NCBI GenBank assembly: GCA_015063545.1
Contig: SVTX01000002.1
Span: forward strand, 3,672 to 67,671
Length of the DNA stretch: 64,000 nt
Direction: 5' to 3'
Source of the DNA: Oscillospiraceae bacterium
Lineage (GTDB): Bacteria > Bacillota > Clostridia > Oscillospirales > CAG-272
Positions 35,441-46,490 of this stretch are shown piece after piece. Within the stretch, counting starts at the first letter, position 1; every line of letters begins with the position of its first letter. The translations under genes and the position numbers were made by a program. The notes under the pieces are model-generated. The model ran no database searches. It was not told where the DNA came from and was given only the letters and a program-made list of their open reading frames with translations.

Positions 35441-36262
35441 TCAATTCATAGTATATCCGATGTTAACAATATTTATAACCACGATGCCCGCAACAAAAGC
35501 AACCATAAGAGCAAGCGCCGCAAAATCCCTTACTTTGAGCTTTAATACCGTCATTCTCGTCCTTCCCTTGCCTCCGCGATAGCATCGGCATGTCATTGCC
35601 GTCGCAAGATCTCCTGCTCTGCGAAATGCCGACACGAACAGCGGGATTATGATTGGAATGAGCGCCTTTATGCGCTTAAACACAGATCCTTCGGAAAAAT
35701 TCGCGCCTCTTGCCTTCTGCGCCGCCATTATCTTCTCTGTCTCCTCAACTATCGTGGGAATAAATCTAAGAGCTATGGTCATCATCATGGCAAATTCATG
35801 AACGGGAACGCGAAGCACCTTAAGCGGAGAGAAAAGTCTTTCTATCGCATCGGTAAGCTGTATAGGTGTTGTGGTATAAGTCAAAAAAATGCTTGCGCCG
35901 ATTATCATAGCAAAAATTCTTATCACTATAAATCCGGCATTATACAGACCGCTTTCATATATCTTGATAAATCTCCACTCAAAAAGAGGATCTCCCTCTC
36001 CGGTGGAAAGAAATATATTTATTATCGCGGTAAATATCATAATGAATAAAATTGCTTTTATAGAGCCAAGCACCGTCTTTATCGGTATTCTGCTGATAAT
36101 GATCAAGAGCAGAGTTGAGACAAGAAGCAGGGCAAACGATAATACGTTTTTACATACGAATCCGGCCACGATATATACTATCGCGAGAATAAACTTCATT
36201 CTCGGATCCAGACGATGCATAACTGATTTTGAGGGGTAGTACTGTCCAAGAGCTATGTTCAT
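35441..36262 (-). CDS. ecfT: ECF transporter transmembrane component
   Basis: LDPRMK, IALRFIPTI..E...I..AQ.ARG and AM.CRCY motifs. Confidence 0.93.
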   Translation of the reverse strand: MNIALGQYYPSKSVMHRLDPRMKFILAIVYIVAGFVCKNVLSFALLLVSTLLLIIISRIPIKTVLGSIKAILFIMIFTAIINIFLSTGEGDPLFEWRFIKIYESGLYNAGFIVIRIFAMIIGASIFLTYTTTPIQLTDAIERLFSPLKVLRVPVHEFAMMMTIALRFIPTIVEETEKIMAAQKARGANFSEGSVFKRIKALIPIIIPLFVSAFRRAGDLATAMTCRCYRGGKGRTRMTVLKLKVRDFAALALMVAFVAGIVVINIVNIGYTMN

Positions 36263-37119
36263 ACTATATCACCTCCAAAAAGCTTCAGAAGTGCATTATA
36301 TGCCGCCTCAACCGTATAAATGTCGCGTCCAAGATAGATGCCGTACTTTTCAAGCTCAAGTACAAATTCTGTTATCTGCGGCACGTCAAGACCTATGCTC
36401 TTGAGTTCTTCTCCTTTGGAGAAAATCTCATTTTTATCTCCCGCCATAAATAGCTCGCCGTTATTCATAACTATGAGGTCATCACAGTATCTTGCCATAT
36501 CCTCCATGCTGTGACTTACGATTATGACAGATGCTCCGCGTTCCTTAGCATATCTGACGATACCCTTAAATATCGAGCTTCTGCCCGCAGGGTCAAGTCC
36601 CGCCGCGGGTTCATCCAGAACAAGTATTTCGGGCTCCATGGCCATAACCCCTGCTATTGCGGCTCTGCGCTTCTGACCGCCCGACAGATCGAATGGAGAC
36701 TTATCGAGCATGCTTTTCTCAAGTCCCACAAATTCAATAGCGCGGAGAACACGCTCCTGTATCTGCGCCTCGTCAAGCCCCATATTTGAAGGACCGTAAG
36801 CAATATCCTTGCGCACCGTCTCCTCGAAAAGCTGATATTCGGGATACTGCATCACGAGCCCTACTCTGAATCTCACCTTACCTATTTCCTTCGGCTTTTC
36901 CCATATATCCTCGCCATCAAGCAATATTCTGCCCGATGTAGGTCGAATAAGCCCGTTGAACATCTGTACCAGCGTGGACTTGCCTGAGCCTGTATGACCG
37001 ATTATACCTGTTATTCTGTTTTCGTTTATCTGTATGTTTACGTCCTTGAGAGCCGTTACCTCAAACGGTGTTTTAGGGCCGTAAACGTAGGACACATTTT
37101 CAATTTTTAAAACGGACAT
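36259..37119 (-). CDS. ecfA2: ECF transporter ATPase A2
   Basis: GHTGSGKST, QYPEYQLFEETV and SPFDLSGGQKRRAAIAGV motifs. Confidence 0.92.
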   Translation of the reverse strand: MSVLKIENVSYVYGPKTPFEVTALKDVNIQINENRITGIIGHTGSGKSTLVQMFNGLIRPTSGRILLDGEDIWEKPKEIGKVRFRVGLVMQYPEYQLFEETVRKDIAYGPSNMGLDEAQIQERVLRAIEFVGLEKSMLDKSPFDLSGGQKRRAAIAGVMAMEPEILVLDEPAAGLDPAGRSSIFKGIVRYAKERGASVIIVSHSMEDMARYCDDLIVMNNGELFMAGDKNEIFSKGEELKSIGLDVPQITEFVLELEKYGIYLGRDIYTVEAAYNALLKLFGGDIV

Positions 37120-37147
37120 TTAGCCCCGTAACCTCCTTTTGAGTATT

Positions 37148-38014
37148 TTACTTGTCTTTCAGTGCAGCGGCAACAGCCTCTGCGCACTGATACGGATTTG
37201 TAATGTCACCCTTCAGTGCAACTCCGTTTTTTTTGAGCTTTTCCGCCAAATCTATACACTGCGGCAGATCCAGCCCTGCCGCGCGCATTATTTCTGACTG
37301 TGCAAAAACTTCTTTAGGCGTGCCTTTGAGAATAACAGATCCATTGTTAAATACAATTATACGGTCTGCCCTTGCCGCCTCATCCATGTAGTGGGTTATG
37401 TTTATTGTTGTAATTCCGCTTTCTCTGTTGAGCTTTTCTACGGTTGATATGACCTCGCGTCTGCCCATAGGATCGAGCATAGCCGTAGATTCGTCAAATA
37501 TCATGCATTCGGGCATCATTGCGATAATTCCCGCAATAGCAACTCTCTGCTTCTGCCCTCCGGAAAGCCTGTGCGGCTCATGCTTTGCATACTTTGTCAT
37601 GCCAACGGTCTGCAATGCCTCGTCAACACGTCTGCGGATCTCAGAGCGTTCAATGCCGAGATTTTCCGGACCGAATGCAACGTCTTCTTCCACCACGGTA
37701 GCTACGAGCTGATTATCGGGATTCTGGAATACCATTCCGACACGCTTGCGAAGCTCAAATATCTCGTCCTCGCTTATGTCCTCTGAAAGTATATCCACAC
37801 CGTCAACGTAAATATTGCCGCTAAGATAATCATAGTCATCTATGACCATAGTCAGAAGCTTTGCAAATGTTGACTTTCCCGATCCGTTATGGCCAAGTAT
37901 TGCAACGTATTCGCCCTTCTCTATTTCAAAGCTAAGATTATTCAATGCATAGACGGGAGAATCTCCCTCTCCGCCGTATGCATAACTCAGGTTTTTAACC
38001 TCAATAAAAGCCAT
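37148..38014 (-). CDS. ecfA1: ECF transporter ATPase A1
   Basis: GHNGSGKST, FQNPDNQLVA..VEEDVAFGPEN and LSGGQKQRVAIAG motifs. Confidence 0.92.
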   Translation of the reverse strand: MAFIEVKNLSYAYGGEGDSPVYALNNLSFEIEKGEYVAILGHNGSGKSTFAKLLTMVIDDYDYLSGNIYVDGVDILSEDISEDEIFELRKRVGMVFQNPDNQLVATVVEEDVAFGPENLGIERSEIRRRVDEALQTVGMTKYAKHEPHRLSGGQKQRVAIAGIIAMMPECMIFDESTAMLDPMGRREVISTVEKLNRESGITTINITHYMDEAARADRIIVFNNGSVILKGTPKEVFAQSEIMRAAGLDLPQCIDLAEKLKKNGVALKGDITNPYQCAEAVAAALKDK

Positions 38015-38027
38015 CTTTTTACTCCAA

Positions 38028-38906
38028 TTATTTTTTAAACCATCTGGAGCTTGCGCCGCAAGGCAGATATGCTCCCGATTGAGTTACGCGAAGTCCAAGC
38101 TCGCCGGACTCTATCACGCCGCCGTATACGCTCTTTACCTTAAGCTCAAGGATATAACTCATTGTAAGCGGTGAAAGTCCCGTAGTATATGAGTTGACAA
38201 GGAAGAACAGCGGATCGGCAGAAAGAAGCTGTGCGGTAAGCGTAATAAACTCGTCAATACTGTCCTCAAGCTTCCAGACCTCACCCGAAGGACCTCTGCC
38301 GTACGAGGGTGGATCCATTATTATTCCATCGTATTTGTTGCCTCGTCTGATCTCGCGCTCAACAAATTTTTTGCAGTCGTCAACTATGTAACGTATGGGC
38401 GCGTCAGAAAGTCCCGATAGAGAGGCATTCTCTTTTGCAAGAGCGACCATTCCTTTTGATGCGTCAACATGCACGACCTGTGCTCCCGCCTCAGCCGCAG
38501 CCATTGTCGCGCCTCCGGTATAGGCAAAAAGATTGAGAACTTTTATCTGTCGGTTAGGCTCCTTGGCTTTTGCGCGCTTTATAATATCGGAAAACCAATC
38601 CCAGTTTGCCGCCTGCTCGGGAAAAAGTCCCGTGTGCTTGAATCCCATGGGTTTGAGGGCAAAACCGAGGTTCTTATAGGAAATGTTCCATTCCTGCGGC
38701 ATCTTTTGCTTTACCCAACCGCCGCCTCCGCTATTTGAACGTCGGTATATTCCGTCTGCGTTCTTCCACGCAGGGTGTCTTGCCGCGTTTTTCCAAATTA
38801 TCTGAGGATCGGGACGTATCAGTATATATTTTCCCCATCTTTCAAGACGCTCTCCGTCAGAGGCGTCAAGTAATTCATAGTCTGTCCAGCTTTGACTTGT
38901 CCACAT
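38028..38906 (-). CDS. Class I SAM-dependent methyltransferase (RlmI/RlmK-like)
   Basis: KHTGLFPEQ, VLNLFAYTGGAT and IIMDPPSYG motifs. ATG 38906 follows GGAG. Confidence 0.85.
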   Translation of the reverse strand: MWTSQSWTDYELLDASDGERLERWGKYILIRPDPQIIWKNAARHPAWKNADGIYRRSNSGGGGWVKQKMPQEWNISYKNLGFALKPMGFKHTGLFPEQAANWDWFSDIIKRAKAKEPNRQIKVLNLFAYTGGATMAAAEAGAQVVHVDASKGMVALAKENASLSGLSDAPIRYIVDDCKKFVEREIRRGNKYDGIIMDPPSYGRGPSGEVWKLEDSIDEFITLTAQLLSADPLFFLVNSYTTGLSPLTMSYILELKVKSVYGGVIESGELGLRVTQSGAYLPCGASSRWFKK

Positions 38907-38929
38907 AGTATATCTCCAAAATTCATTTT

Positions 38930-39427
38930 TTATTTGTTGTAGTACTGCCCAAGCCTTGAGCATCCCGAATGAGCATGGCAAACAGCTATCGCAAGCGCAT
39001 CCGCCGTATCATCGGGCTTCGGCGGCGCAGGAAGCGAGAGCAAAGTTGTAACCATTGTTATAACCTGTTTTTTTTCAGCGCGGCCGTAACCTACTACCGC
39101 TTGCTTAACCTGAAGCGGGGTGTATTCAGCTATATTGATACCTGCAAGCTTGGCAGATAAAACTATAACTCCTCTCGCCTCCGCAACCAAAATAGCCGTT
39201 GTTGTATTAGTATTGAAAAACAATTCTTCGACTGCCATCTGATCGGGCTTGTACTTTTCTATTATCTCGTTCATGCCGCGATAAACCATCAAAAGTCTCT
39301 CTGCGGGTTCAAGTCCTGCGGGGGTATTTATCGAACCGTATCCCAAAGTCCTGAATTTAGAACCGTTATATTCAATTACTCCCCATCCGACTATCGCATA
39401 GCCCGGATCTATGCCAAGTATGATCAT
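38930..39427 (-). CDS. ruvC: Holliday junction resolvase
   Basis: ILGIDPG, AVEELFF, EYTP.QVK.AV.GYGRA.K and PDD.ADALAIA.CH motifs. Confidence 0.96.
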   Translation of the reverse strand: MIILGIDPGYAIVGWGVIEYNGSKFRTLGYGSINTPAGLEPAERLLMVYRGMNEIIEKYKPDQMAVEELFFNTNTTTAILVAEARGVIVLSAKLAGINIAEYTPLQVKQAVVGYGRAEKKQVITMVTTLLSLPAPPKPDDTADALAIAVCHAHSGCSRLGQYYNK

Positions 39428-39480
39428 AACCGCTTTCCTTTCGCGCAAGTTGCAATACTTTCCCATTTTCAATACTAATC

Positions 39481-39509
39481 ATTATACCACATAAATTTGC
39501 TAATGTCAA
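39481..39509 (-). promoter_or_regulatory. Sigma-A promoter of the ruvC...clp operon
   Basis: Minus strand TTGACA-N17-TATAAT with TG extension. Confidence 0.75.
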
Positions 39510-39624
39510 ATACAATTTTTATTATAATTATTAATTTATAGAAAATTTATATTAAAAACAGTTTACACGGGCGAATTTTTGTGGTATAATTTAGGATGTA
39601 TAAATTTACATTGGCGGTAAAGTT

Positions 39625-39810
39625 ATGAAAATAATCAAGTTGAACGTTGACGATATTATAGAGCTGAAAAAAGAACATCCCTGCGGCGGTAAGATATTCA
39701 AGATACTGCGGGTTGGCAGCGAAGTTCGCATAGTTTGCCAGACATGCGGCCGTGACATGACACTCGGGCGCGAAAAGCTTGAAAAAGCAATCAAAAAAAT
39801 CAATCCGTAA
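39625..39810 (+). CDS. DUF951-family small protein
   Basis: DIIELKKEHPCGG..FKILRVG...RIVC..CGR motif. Confidence 0.8.
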   Translation: MKIIKLNVDDIIELKKEHPCGGKIFKILRVGSEVRIVCQTCGRDMTLGREKLEKAIKKINP

Positions 39811-39826
39811 AGTAAAGGAATCCAAT

Positions 39827-42800
39827 ATGAGTAAGAAAAAAATTACTGATCCCTCCGTCGGAGATGGCAACATAGATGTATTGCCCTTATCAAGGAAACA
39901 GAAATTCTTCGGCTTTGTAAATGAAAAGTGGAAAAAATATGCCTATCTGGGCATTGGAGGCGCATTAGCTGCTGCTGTGGTTTTCTTGATATACATGATA
40001 GTTACCGGCGGTCTGCATCCCGCAGGAAACGGAACTACCCTTATTCTCGATTTAAACTCACAGTATATCTACTTTTTCTCGGCGCTAAGAAACGCCGTTT
40101 ACGGAGACGGTGAGCTTCTGTACTCCTTCTCGCGTTCTATGGGTGGAGAATTTATAGGAATCTACGCCTATTATCTTGCAAGTCCTCTGTCATATCTCGT
40201 TTGCCTCTTCCCGGCCGACAGAATGCAGGAATTTGCGCTTGTGCTCATGATGCTCAAGGCGGCTTTGTGCAGCGTCACTATGGGATATTTTCTGCACAAG
40301 CACTCCCAAAAGCTTAACAAGCTCACGACCGTAGCATTTTCTCTCATGTATGCCTTGTGCGCGTACTGCGTGGTATATCAAACCAATACCATGTGGATAG
40401 ATGCGGCTATATGGCTTCCCTTACTCACACTCGGAATTGAAGCTCTCGTTCAACACGGCAAATACAAGCTTTTCGTAATATCACTTGCAATGACAGTAGC
40501 AAGCAACTATTACATCGGTTACATGTGTTGCATTTACGTATTGCTCTACTACTTGTATTTCACATTTGCCCATAAAAATGACGGAATAGCCAATCCCCGT
40601 TGTGAAAGCAGACATTTTTTGAAATCCACATTCAGAATGGCAATATTCTCAATATTGGCTATCTGTATGGCGGCGCTTATAATACTTGGAGCGTATTATT
40701 CTCTCTCGTTTGGAAAGAATGATTTTTCAGATCCGCGGTACGATTTGGAAACTCGAATAACCTTCTTTGATGTTATATTCAAGCTATTCCCCGGCTCATA
40801 CGACACGGTTCGCCCCGCAAACTTTGTCTTCCCCATTAGTGAAACGGATACTTTCGAGATTGCCACGGGTGGATTTCCCTTCATATACTGCGGAATATTT
40901 ACGCTCATGCTCATGCCGGCATTCTTTTTCTCGAAAAGGTTTTCTGTTCGCGAAAAAATTGCCTCGGCTTCATTGATAGGCATATTTATACTGAGCTTTG
41001 TTCTCACTACATTGGACATCGTTTGGCACGGATTCCAGAATCCTCAATGGCTGAATAACCGCTACAGCTTTATGCTGTGCTTCTTCATGATTTTTCTGGC
41101 ATTCAAAGCCTTTGAAAACATTGACGAATACTTTATAAAGCAAGGAGTGATCATATCTTCTTTGTTCTTTGGGGCATTTGCATTGATAATACAAAAGATG
41201 GCGCCTCAGATAAATTCCGATATACAGAGTGTAAACCCCGAATTTAAACTCGGCTCATTCGAATTTGCGCTTTTTGCGGTGGGAATGATCGTGGTTTATT
41301 TGTTTATGATCGCCCTTATACGCAACATAAAAAGCAAGACCTTGGTATCTGCATTTCTGCTTGGTATAATTGTGGTAGAGCTTTTACTCAACGGTATATC
41401 GAATACCGCAGATTTTGCAGATGACGTTGCGTTCTCGACCTATTCAAAGTACGATCAGTTCCAGGAGCTTATGTATCCTATTGTGGAAACTGTACAGGAC
41501 AACGACGATTCCTTCTACAGAATGGAGAAAACCGCATACAGAAAGCCAAACGACAATATGCAGTTCGGAATCAGAGGACTTTCCAACAGTACGTCCACTC
41601 TAAATGCCGCATCTATTCAAACGCTCAATCAGATGGGTTATGCCGGCAGAGCCCAATGGACGATATATCTCGGTGGAAATGCGGTTAACGATTCCCTCCT
41701 CGGTCTCAAATATATCATAACCGACAGAGATCTGAGCGAGTTCTACGGAGAGCCCGTTTATACGGCTGAAGATTTTGCCAAGCACGAGGGAGTAAGCGTT
41801 AATAAGTTGACACAAATGACCTTGGCTGACAATTCAAAGTATGAAAACTACCATGGGAAATCCGCATCCGACTTTGTAGTTTACAAAAACCCTTACGCGC
41901 TTTCCATAGCTTTCGCCGCAGATCATGACGTTATTGATTTCAACATGAAGATGTATAACCAATACATCAACAAAAAGCTCGAACCTAAAAAATACGAGGA
42001 GCTTCAAAACAGCGGAGGATATGCAAATCCCTTTGACCGCTTGAATGCACTCTATACGGCTATACTCGGTACAGATGAAACGGTGGAGATTTTTAAGCCC
42101 GCTACTCAAACAGCCATAACTTATACGTCTGATATAACGCATACCGTTGTTAATTCCAGTCAGCCCGGCGCGCTCTCGCATCTCAAATATAGCGGTGAGG
42201 GAGGAAGCGTGACCTTTAATTATTCGGTTCCTGTTGGAAAAACACTCTACTTGTACTTCCCCGCATACTATACAAGAGAGGTTGCTCTCTCGGCAAGCAT
42301 GCCTATTGCAGACGGTACGACAAACTTCGGAAGCAACGTTTCAACAAATCCCACTTTGAGAATTGTTGAGCTCGGCGCGTCTGACAAAGAAGAATACAGC
42401 GTGACCGCCTCCCTTACAAAGGGTGACGACCTGTTCTACGTTATTAACCAGGAATCCTACGTTTACTATGTTGACACAGAGCTTTTAGCTCAAGTAACAA
42501 AGGAAATACAAAAAAATCAGCTTGTAATTGAAGAATACACGGAAAGTAGCTTTAAAGGACACATCTCCACGAGCAAGAAAAATCAGCTTATACTCACCAC
42601 TATTCCCTATGATGAGGGCTGGCAGATAACCGTTGACGGCAAAAAAGTTGATATTATCGACGCGGTAGACACAACCCCCGGCAAGGACGGCGGCGGAGCA
42701 TTTGTGGCATTTGAGATACCATCATCCGGATATCACTCTGTCAGCATCGTGTACAGACCGAAATATCTGCCGATAGGAGCATTTATTTCCGTTACTGCTA

Positions 42801-42958
42801 TTCTCGTTTTTGTTTCACTCGTTGTCTTTGAAAAGAAGCTGATGAGAATCAGCCTTTACAGAAAAATATTCTATATTGAGGACAACTCAATACTCGAAGA
42901 ACCCGTATCTAAAAAAGGCAAGGTTTATTCCAATAACAAATCTCAACGAAAGGACTAA
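39827..42958 (+). CDS. YfhO-family GT-C membrane glycosyltransferase
   Basis: DLNSQYIYF, YYLASP, NYYIGYM, WHGFQ.P.WL..RYSF and IPYDEGW...VDG motifs in a polytopic protein. Confidence 0.85.
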   Translation: MSKKKITDPSVGDGNIDVLPLSRKQKFFGFVNEKWKKYAYLGIGGALAAAVVFLIYMIVTGGLHPAGNGTTLILDLNSQYIYFFSALRNAVYGDGELLYSFSRSMGGEFIGIYAYYLASPLSYLVCLFPADRMQEFALVLMMLKAALCSVTMGYFLHKHSQKLNKLTTVAFSLMYALCAYCVVYQTNTMWIDAAIWLPLLTLGIEALVQHGKYKLFVISLAMTVASNYYIGYMCCIYVLLYYLYFTFAHKNDGIANPRCESRHFLKSTFRMAIFSILAICMAALIILGAYYSLSFGKNDFSDPRYDLETRITFFDVIFKLFPGSYDTVRPANFVFPISETDTFEIATGGFPFIYCGIFTLMLMPAFFFSKRFSVREKIASASLIGIFILSFVLTTLDIVWHGFQNPQWLNNRYSFMLCFFMIFLAFKAFENIDEYFIKQGVIISSLFFGAFALIIQKMAPQINSDIQSVNPEFKLGSFEFALFAVGMIVVYLFMIALIRNIKSKTLVSAFLLGIIVVELLLNGISNTADFADDVAFSTYSKYDQFQELMYPIVETVQDNDDSFYRMEKTAYRKPNDNMQFGIRGLSNSTSTLNAASIQTLNQMGYAGRAQWTIYLGGNAVNDSLLGLKYIITDRDLSEFYGEPVYTAEDFAKHEGVSVNKLTQMTLADNSKYENYHGKSASDFVVYKNPYALSIAFAADHDVIDFNMKMYNQYINKKLEPKKYEELQNSGGYANPFDRLNALYTAILGTDETVEIFKPATQTAITYTSDITHTVVNSSQPGALSHLKYSGEGGSVTFNYSVPVGKTLYLYFPAYYTREVALSASMPIADGTTNFGSNVSTNPTLRIVELGASDKEEYSVTASLTKGDDLFYVINQESYVYYVDTELLAQVTKEIQKNQLVIEEYTESSFKGHISTSKKNQLILTTIPYDEGWQITVDGKKVDIIDAVDTTPGKDGGGAFVAFEIPSSGYHSVSIVYRPKYLPIGAFISVTAILVFVSLVVFEKKLMRISLYRKIFYIEDNSILEEPVSKKGKVYSNNKSQRKD

Positions 42959-42963
42959 TCAAT

Positions 42964-43584
42964 ATGTTTCACTATATATCGGGTGAGCTTGCTCAATTAT
43001 CTCTCAGCTCTGCCGTAATTGATGTCGGCGGTGTGGGATATATGCTCACGATAAGCGGCAACACTTATGAAAAGCTGTGCCGTTCATCGTCTGCCAAAGT
43101 AAAGCTCTACACCTATCTGGCAGTACGCGAGGACGGCATTGAACTGTTTGGCTTTGAAAGCGAAGCTGAAATGTCAACCTTCAAGATGCTGCTTGGCGTA
43201 TCCGGAGTAGGTCCGAAGGCGGCTATATCCATTCTTTCGCTGCTTACACCCGAAAAATTCGCACTTGCCGTCTGTACAGATGACAAAAAAACCATATCCA
43301 AAGCAAGCGGTATAGGTCCCAAAACCGCAGCGCGCATTATTTTGGAGCTGAAGGATAAGCTTGCAAAAGACACAAACATCGACACGTCTCTCGCCTCTGC
43401 CGTTTCTTCCGGAGGTGGCAGCGTGGCTCCCACCGCATCCGGAAAGCTCACCGAGGCGCAGGATGCTCTTATGGTGCTCGGATACAGCAGAGCTGAAGCT
43501 CAGAAGGTTCTGGCTTCGCTTGATACACAAAATATGAACCTTGAGGACATAATCAAAGCAGCCCTCAAGCATCTTATGAGATAA
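42964..43584 (+). CDS. ruvA: Holliday junction branch migration protein A
   Basis: IDVGGVGY, VREDG..LFGF, VSGVGPK.A, GIGPKTA.RI.LEL and AL..LGY motifs. Confidence 0.96.
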   Translation: MFHYISGELAQLSLSSAVIDVGGVGYMLTISGNTYEKLCRSSSAKVKLYTYLAVREDGIELFGFESEAEMSTFKMLLGVSGVGPKAAISILSLLTPEKFALAVCTDDKKTISKASGIGPKTAARIILELKDKLAKDTNIDTSLASAVSSGGGSVAPTASGKLTEAQDALMVLGYSRAEAQKVLASLDTQNMNLEDIIKAALKHLMR

Positions 43585-43598
43585 TTTAGGAGGTATTT

Positions 43599-44657
43599 AT
43601 GGATTTTTCCGAAGATTTTGATTTTGAAAACCGAATACTCTCCACATCATATTCCGCCGAGGATTCGGATACTGACACTTCACTTCGTCCCAAAAATCTT
43701 GACGAATATATCGGTCAGGACAAGGCGAAGGAAAACCTCAAGGTCTATATGGACGCGGCAAAATTCCGCGGTGAATCACTCGATCACGTTCTTCTCTACG
43801 GTCCTCCCGGTCTCGGTAAAACAACACTTTCAAACATTGTAGCATCCGAGATGGGTGTGAATATCCGAGTAACATCCGGTCCGGCAATAGAAAAGCAAGG
43901 TGATCTCGCAGCATTACTCACTAATCTCAGCGAGGGCGACGTGCTGTTCATTGATGAAATTCACCGTCTTTCGCGTTCTGTAGAGGAAATTCTTTATCCC
44001 GCCATGGAAGATTTTGCTCTTGACATAATAATTGGAAAAGGTCCTTCCGCGAGAAGCATAAGAATCGACCTTCCCAAGTTCACGCTTATCGGTGCTACAA
44101 CAAGAGCAGGACAGCTGACTACTCCTTTGCGCGACCGATTCGGAGTGCTTTTGAAGCTTGAGCTTTACACCCCCGAACAGCTTGCAACGATAGTTACGCG
44201 AAGCGCAAATATTTTAGGCATCGGCATAAATGAAAACGGTGCTTATGAAATAGCTTCCCGTTCACGCGGAACTCCCCGTATAGCAAACAGACTTCTCAAG
44301 CGCGTGCGTGACTTTGCGCAGGTATCCGGAAAGGATATAATTGACGAAGAAATTGCATCATATGCCCTCTCTAAGCTTGAAATAGATGAGCTTGGTCTTG
44401 ATAACACAGACAGACGAATGCTTGAAACTATAATCAAATTCTATGACGGCGGTCCTGTCGGTCTTGAAACTCTCGCGGCGACTATCGGTGAAGAAGCAGT
44501 CACTATTGAGGACGTTTACGAGCCTTATCTTATGCAGATAGGATTTCTTTCAAGAACTCCTCGCGGCAGATGTGTAACGAGACTCGCGTACGAGCATCTC
44601 GGAATACCCATGAGCAGAAAGAACAGCTCTGCACAGATTGATATTTTTGAAAAGTAA
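43599..44657 (+). CDS. ruvB: Holliday junction branch migration helicase B
   Basis: [37 protein letters not shown] and RTPRGR motifs. Confidence 0.97.
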   Translation: MDFSEDFDFENRILSTSYSAEDSDTDTSLRPKNLDEYIGQDKAKENLKVYMDAAKFRGESLDHVLLYGPPGLGKTTLSNIVASEMGVNIRVTSGPAIEKQGDLAALLTNLSEGDVLFIDEIHRLSRSVEEILYPAMEDFALDIIIGKGPSARSIRIDLPKFTLIGATTRAGQLTTPLRDRFGVLLKLELYTPEQLATIVTRSANILGIGINENGAYEIASRSRGTPRIANRLLKRVRDFAQVSGKDIIDEEIASYALSKLEIDELGLDNTDRRMLETIIKFYDGGPVGLETLAATIGEEAVTIEDVYEPYLMQIGFLSRTPRGRCVTRLAYEHLGIPMSRKNSSAQIDIFEK

Positions 44658-44659
44658 AA

Positions 44660-44688
44660 AAAACGGAAGGTCGATGACCTTCCGTTTT
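44660..44688. terminator. Bidirectional intrinsic terminator
   Basis: aaaacggaaggtc-gat-gaccttccgtttt. Confidence 0.85.
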
Positions 44689-44720
44689 GTTGTCTAGTAA
44701 AACCAACCGCACGGCTGTGG

Positions 44721-46490
44721 TTATGTTTCAAACTGACTGTTCCAGAGCTCACAGTAGAATCCGCCGTTTGCCAGAAGCTGCTCATGATTGCCTTTTTCTA
44801 TTATTTTACCGTTATCCATTACAAGTATGATATCGGCTTCCTTGATAGTAGAAAGTCTATGTGCAACAATAAATGACGTTCTTCCCTGCATCATAAGTGC
44901 AAAGGAGTTCTGAATCCTGATTTCTGTACGGGTATCTATTGAGGAGGTTGCTTCGTCAAGTATGAGCATTGGCGGCAGGCTCAAAATCACTCGTGTAATA
45001 CACAAAAGCTGTTTTTGTCCCTGTGATAACGAGCCCCCGTCTTCACCTATAACAGTATCATAGCCCTGCGGCAAACGGCGAATAAAGCTGTGCGCGTGCG
45101 TCTTTTTGGCGGCAGCTATAATTTCCTCATCGGTTGCGTCGGGCTTGCCCATTGTAATGTTGTCGCGTATGGTGCCGCATTTGAGCCACGTATCCTGCAA
45201 TACCATTCCGTAGGATGAGCGAAGTGAGCCTCTGGTAAGATCCTTTACATTGTGACCGCTGACAGAAATACTTCCGCTATCCACATCATAAAATCTCATC
45301 AAAAGATTAATAAGTGTGGTTTTTCCACATCCCGTAGGACCGACTATAGCAACTCTTTGCCCTTTCTCTATGTAAAGGTTAAAGTCGCGTATAAGCTCTT
45401 TGTCCGGAGTATATGAAAAGCTGACATCTTGGATATTTACCGTTCCGTCAACCTCATTTTCCGAAAGAACGTGAGCATCGGGAGCGTCTGGTATCTGTGA
45501 GGGCTGATCAATAAGTTCAAACAAGCGTGATACACATGCCATAGAATTTTGAAGCTCTGTCACCACTCCGGATATCTCGTTAAAGGGCTTTGTGTACTGG
45601 TTTGCGTAATTAAGCAAAGCAAACAGTCCGCCTACTGTAAGACCGCCTTGCGCATTTCCGTTTTTTATGCATATCATAGCACCGACAAAGGCTACCGCAG
45701 CATAAACAAGGTTATTTACAAAGCGTGTACAGGGGTTTGTAAGAGATGAATAAAAAAGCGCTTTAAGAGATGTTTTCTGTAAACGAGTGTTTATCTCGTC
45801 AAACTTTTTGAGAGCCTCATCCTCTTGTGAGAATGCGACCACCGTTTTATGCTCCCCTATCATTTCGTCAATAAACGCAGTCTGCTCGGCACGTGTTTCC
45901 GACTGCTTTTTGAACAGAGAGAACGTATTTTTTGCTATGAATGCCGCAACAAACAAAGACAGCGGAGTGATAAGTACGACCACAAGAGTTATCGGAATGC
46001 TGATAGATATCATAAATCCTATGGTGACAGCTATAGTGAGAATTCCCGTAAAGAACTGCGAGAATCCCATGAGGAGTCCGTCTCCGAACTGATCTACATC
46101 GGTTATAACACGGCTCACCGTATCTCCTATGGGCTTGGAATCAAGATACGACAGCGGTAGCGTTTGAATCTTTACAAACGCATCTTTCCTAAGCTTACGC
46201 ACTATGCCGAACGTTATTTTGTTGTTACATACGTTCATAAGCCATTGGCAAAGAGCAACGACTGCCGTAACTACAGCTATCTTTATAAGTATCTTATAGA
46301 TGCCTTTAAAATCAACATTATTGATACCAATGGCAAGGTCAATAGCCTGACCTGCAAGCACGGGAATATAGAGCATTCCTGCCACGGTAACGGCAACAAA
46401 CACTAAGGATATACCAAACAGCAATCGGTATCCTTTCATATATCGCAAAACCTTTGAAAATACTCTCTGTTTTTTGGAAGTGTCAGACAT
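44721..46490 (-). CDS. Heterodimeric ABC exporter subunit (consensus Walker B/H-switch)
   Basis: TMD plus GPTGCGKT, LSQGQ, LDEATS and AHR. Confidence 0.9.
   Translation of the reverse strand: MSDTSKKQRVFSKVLRYMKGYRLLFGISLVFVAVTVAGMLYIPVLAGQAIDLAIGINNVDFKGIYKILIKIAVVTAVVALCQWLMNVCNNKITFGIVRKLRKDAFVKIQTLPLSYLDSKPIGDTVSRVITDVDQFGDGLLMGFSQFFTGILTIAVTIGFMISISIPITLVVVLITPLSLFVAAFIAKNTFSLFKKQSETRAEQTAFIDEMIGEHKTVVAFSQEDEALKKFDEINTRLQKTSLKALFYSSLTNPCTRFVNNLVYAAVAFVGAMICIKNGNAQGGLTVGGLFALLNYANQYTKPFNEISGVVTELQNSMACVSRLFELIDQPSQIPDAPDAHVLSENEVDGTVNIQDVSFSYTPDKELIRDFNLYIEKGQRVAIVGPTGCGKTTLINLLMRFYDVDSGSISVSGHNVKDLTRGSLRSSYGMVLQDTWLKCGTIRDNITMGKPDATDEEIIAAAKKTHAHSFIRRLPQGYDTVIGEDGGSLSQGQKQLLCITRVILSLPPMLILDEATSSIDTRTEIRIQNSFALMMQGRTSFIVAHRLSTIKEADIILVMDNGKIIEKGNHEQLLANGGFYCELWNSQFET

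Noticed and set aside
39303-39325. GGGTTCAAGTCC, resembling a tRNA T-arm
   Set aside because: It lies inside ruvC coding sequence and no acceptor, D or anticodon arms can be built around it.
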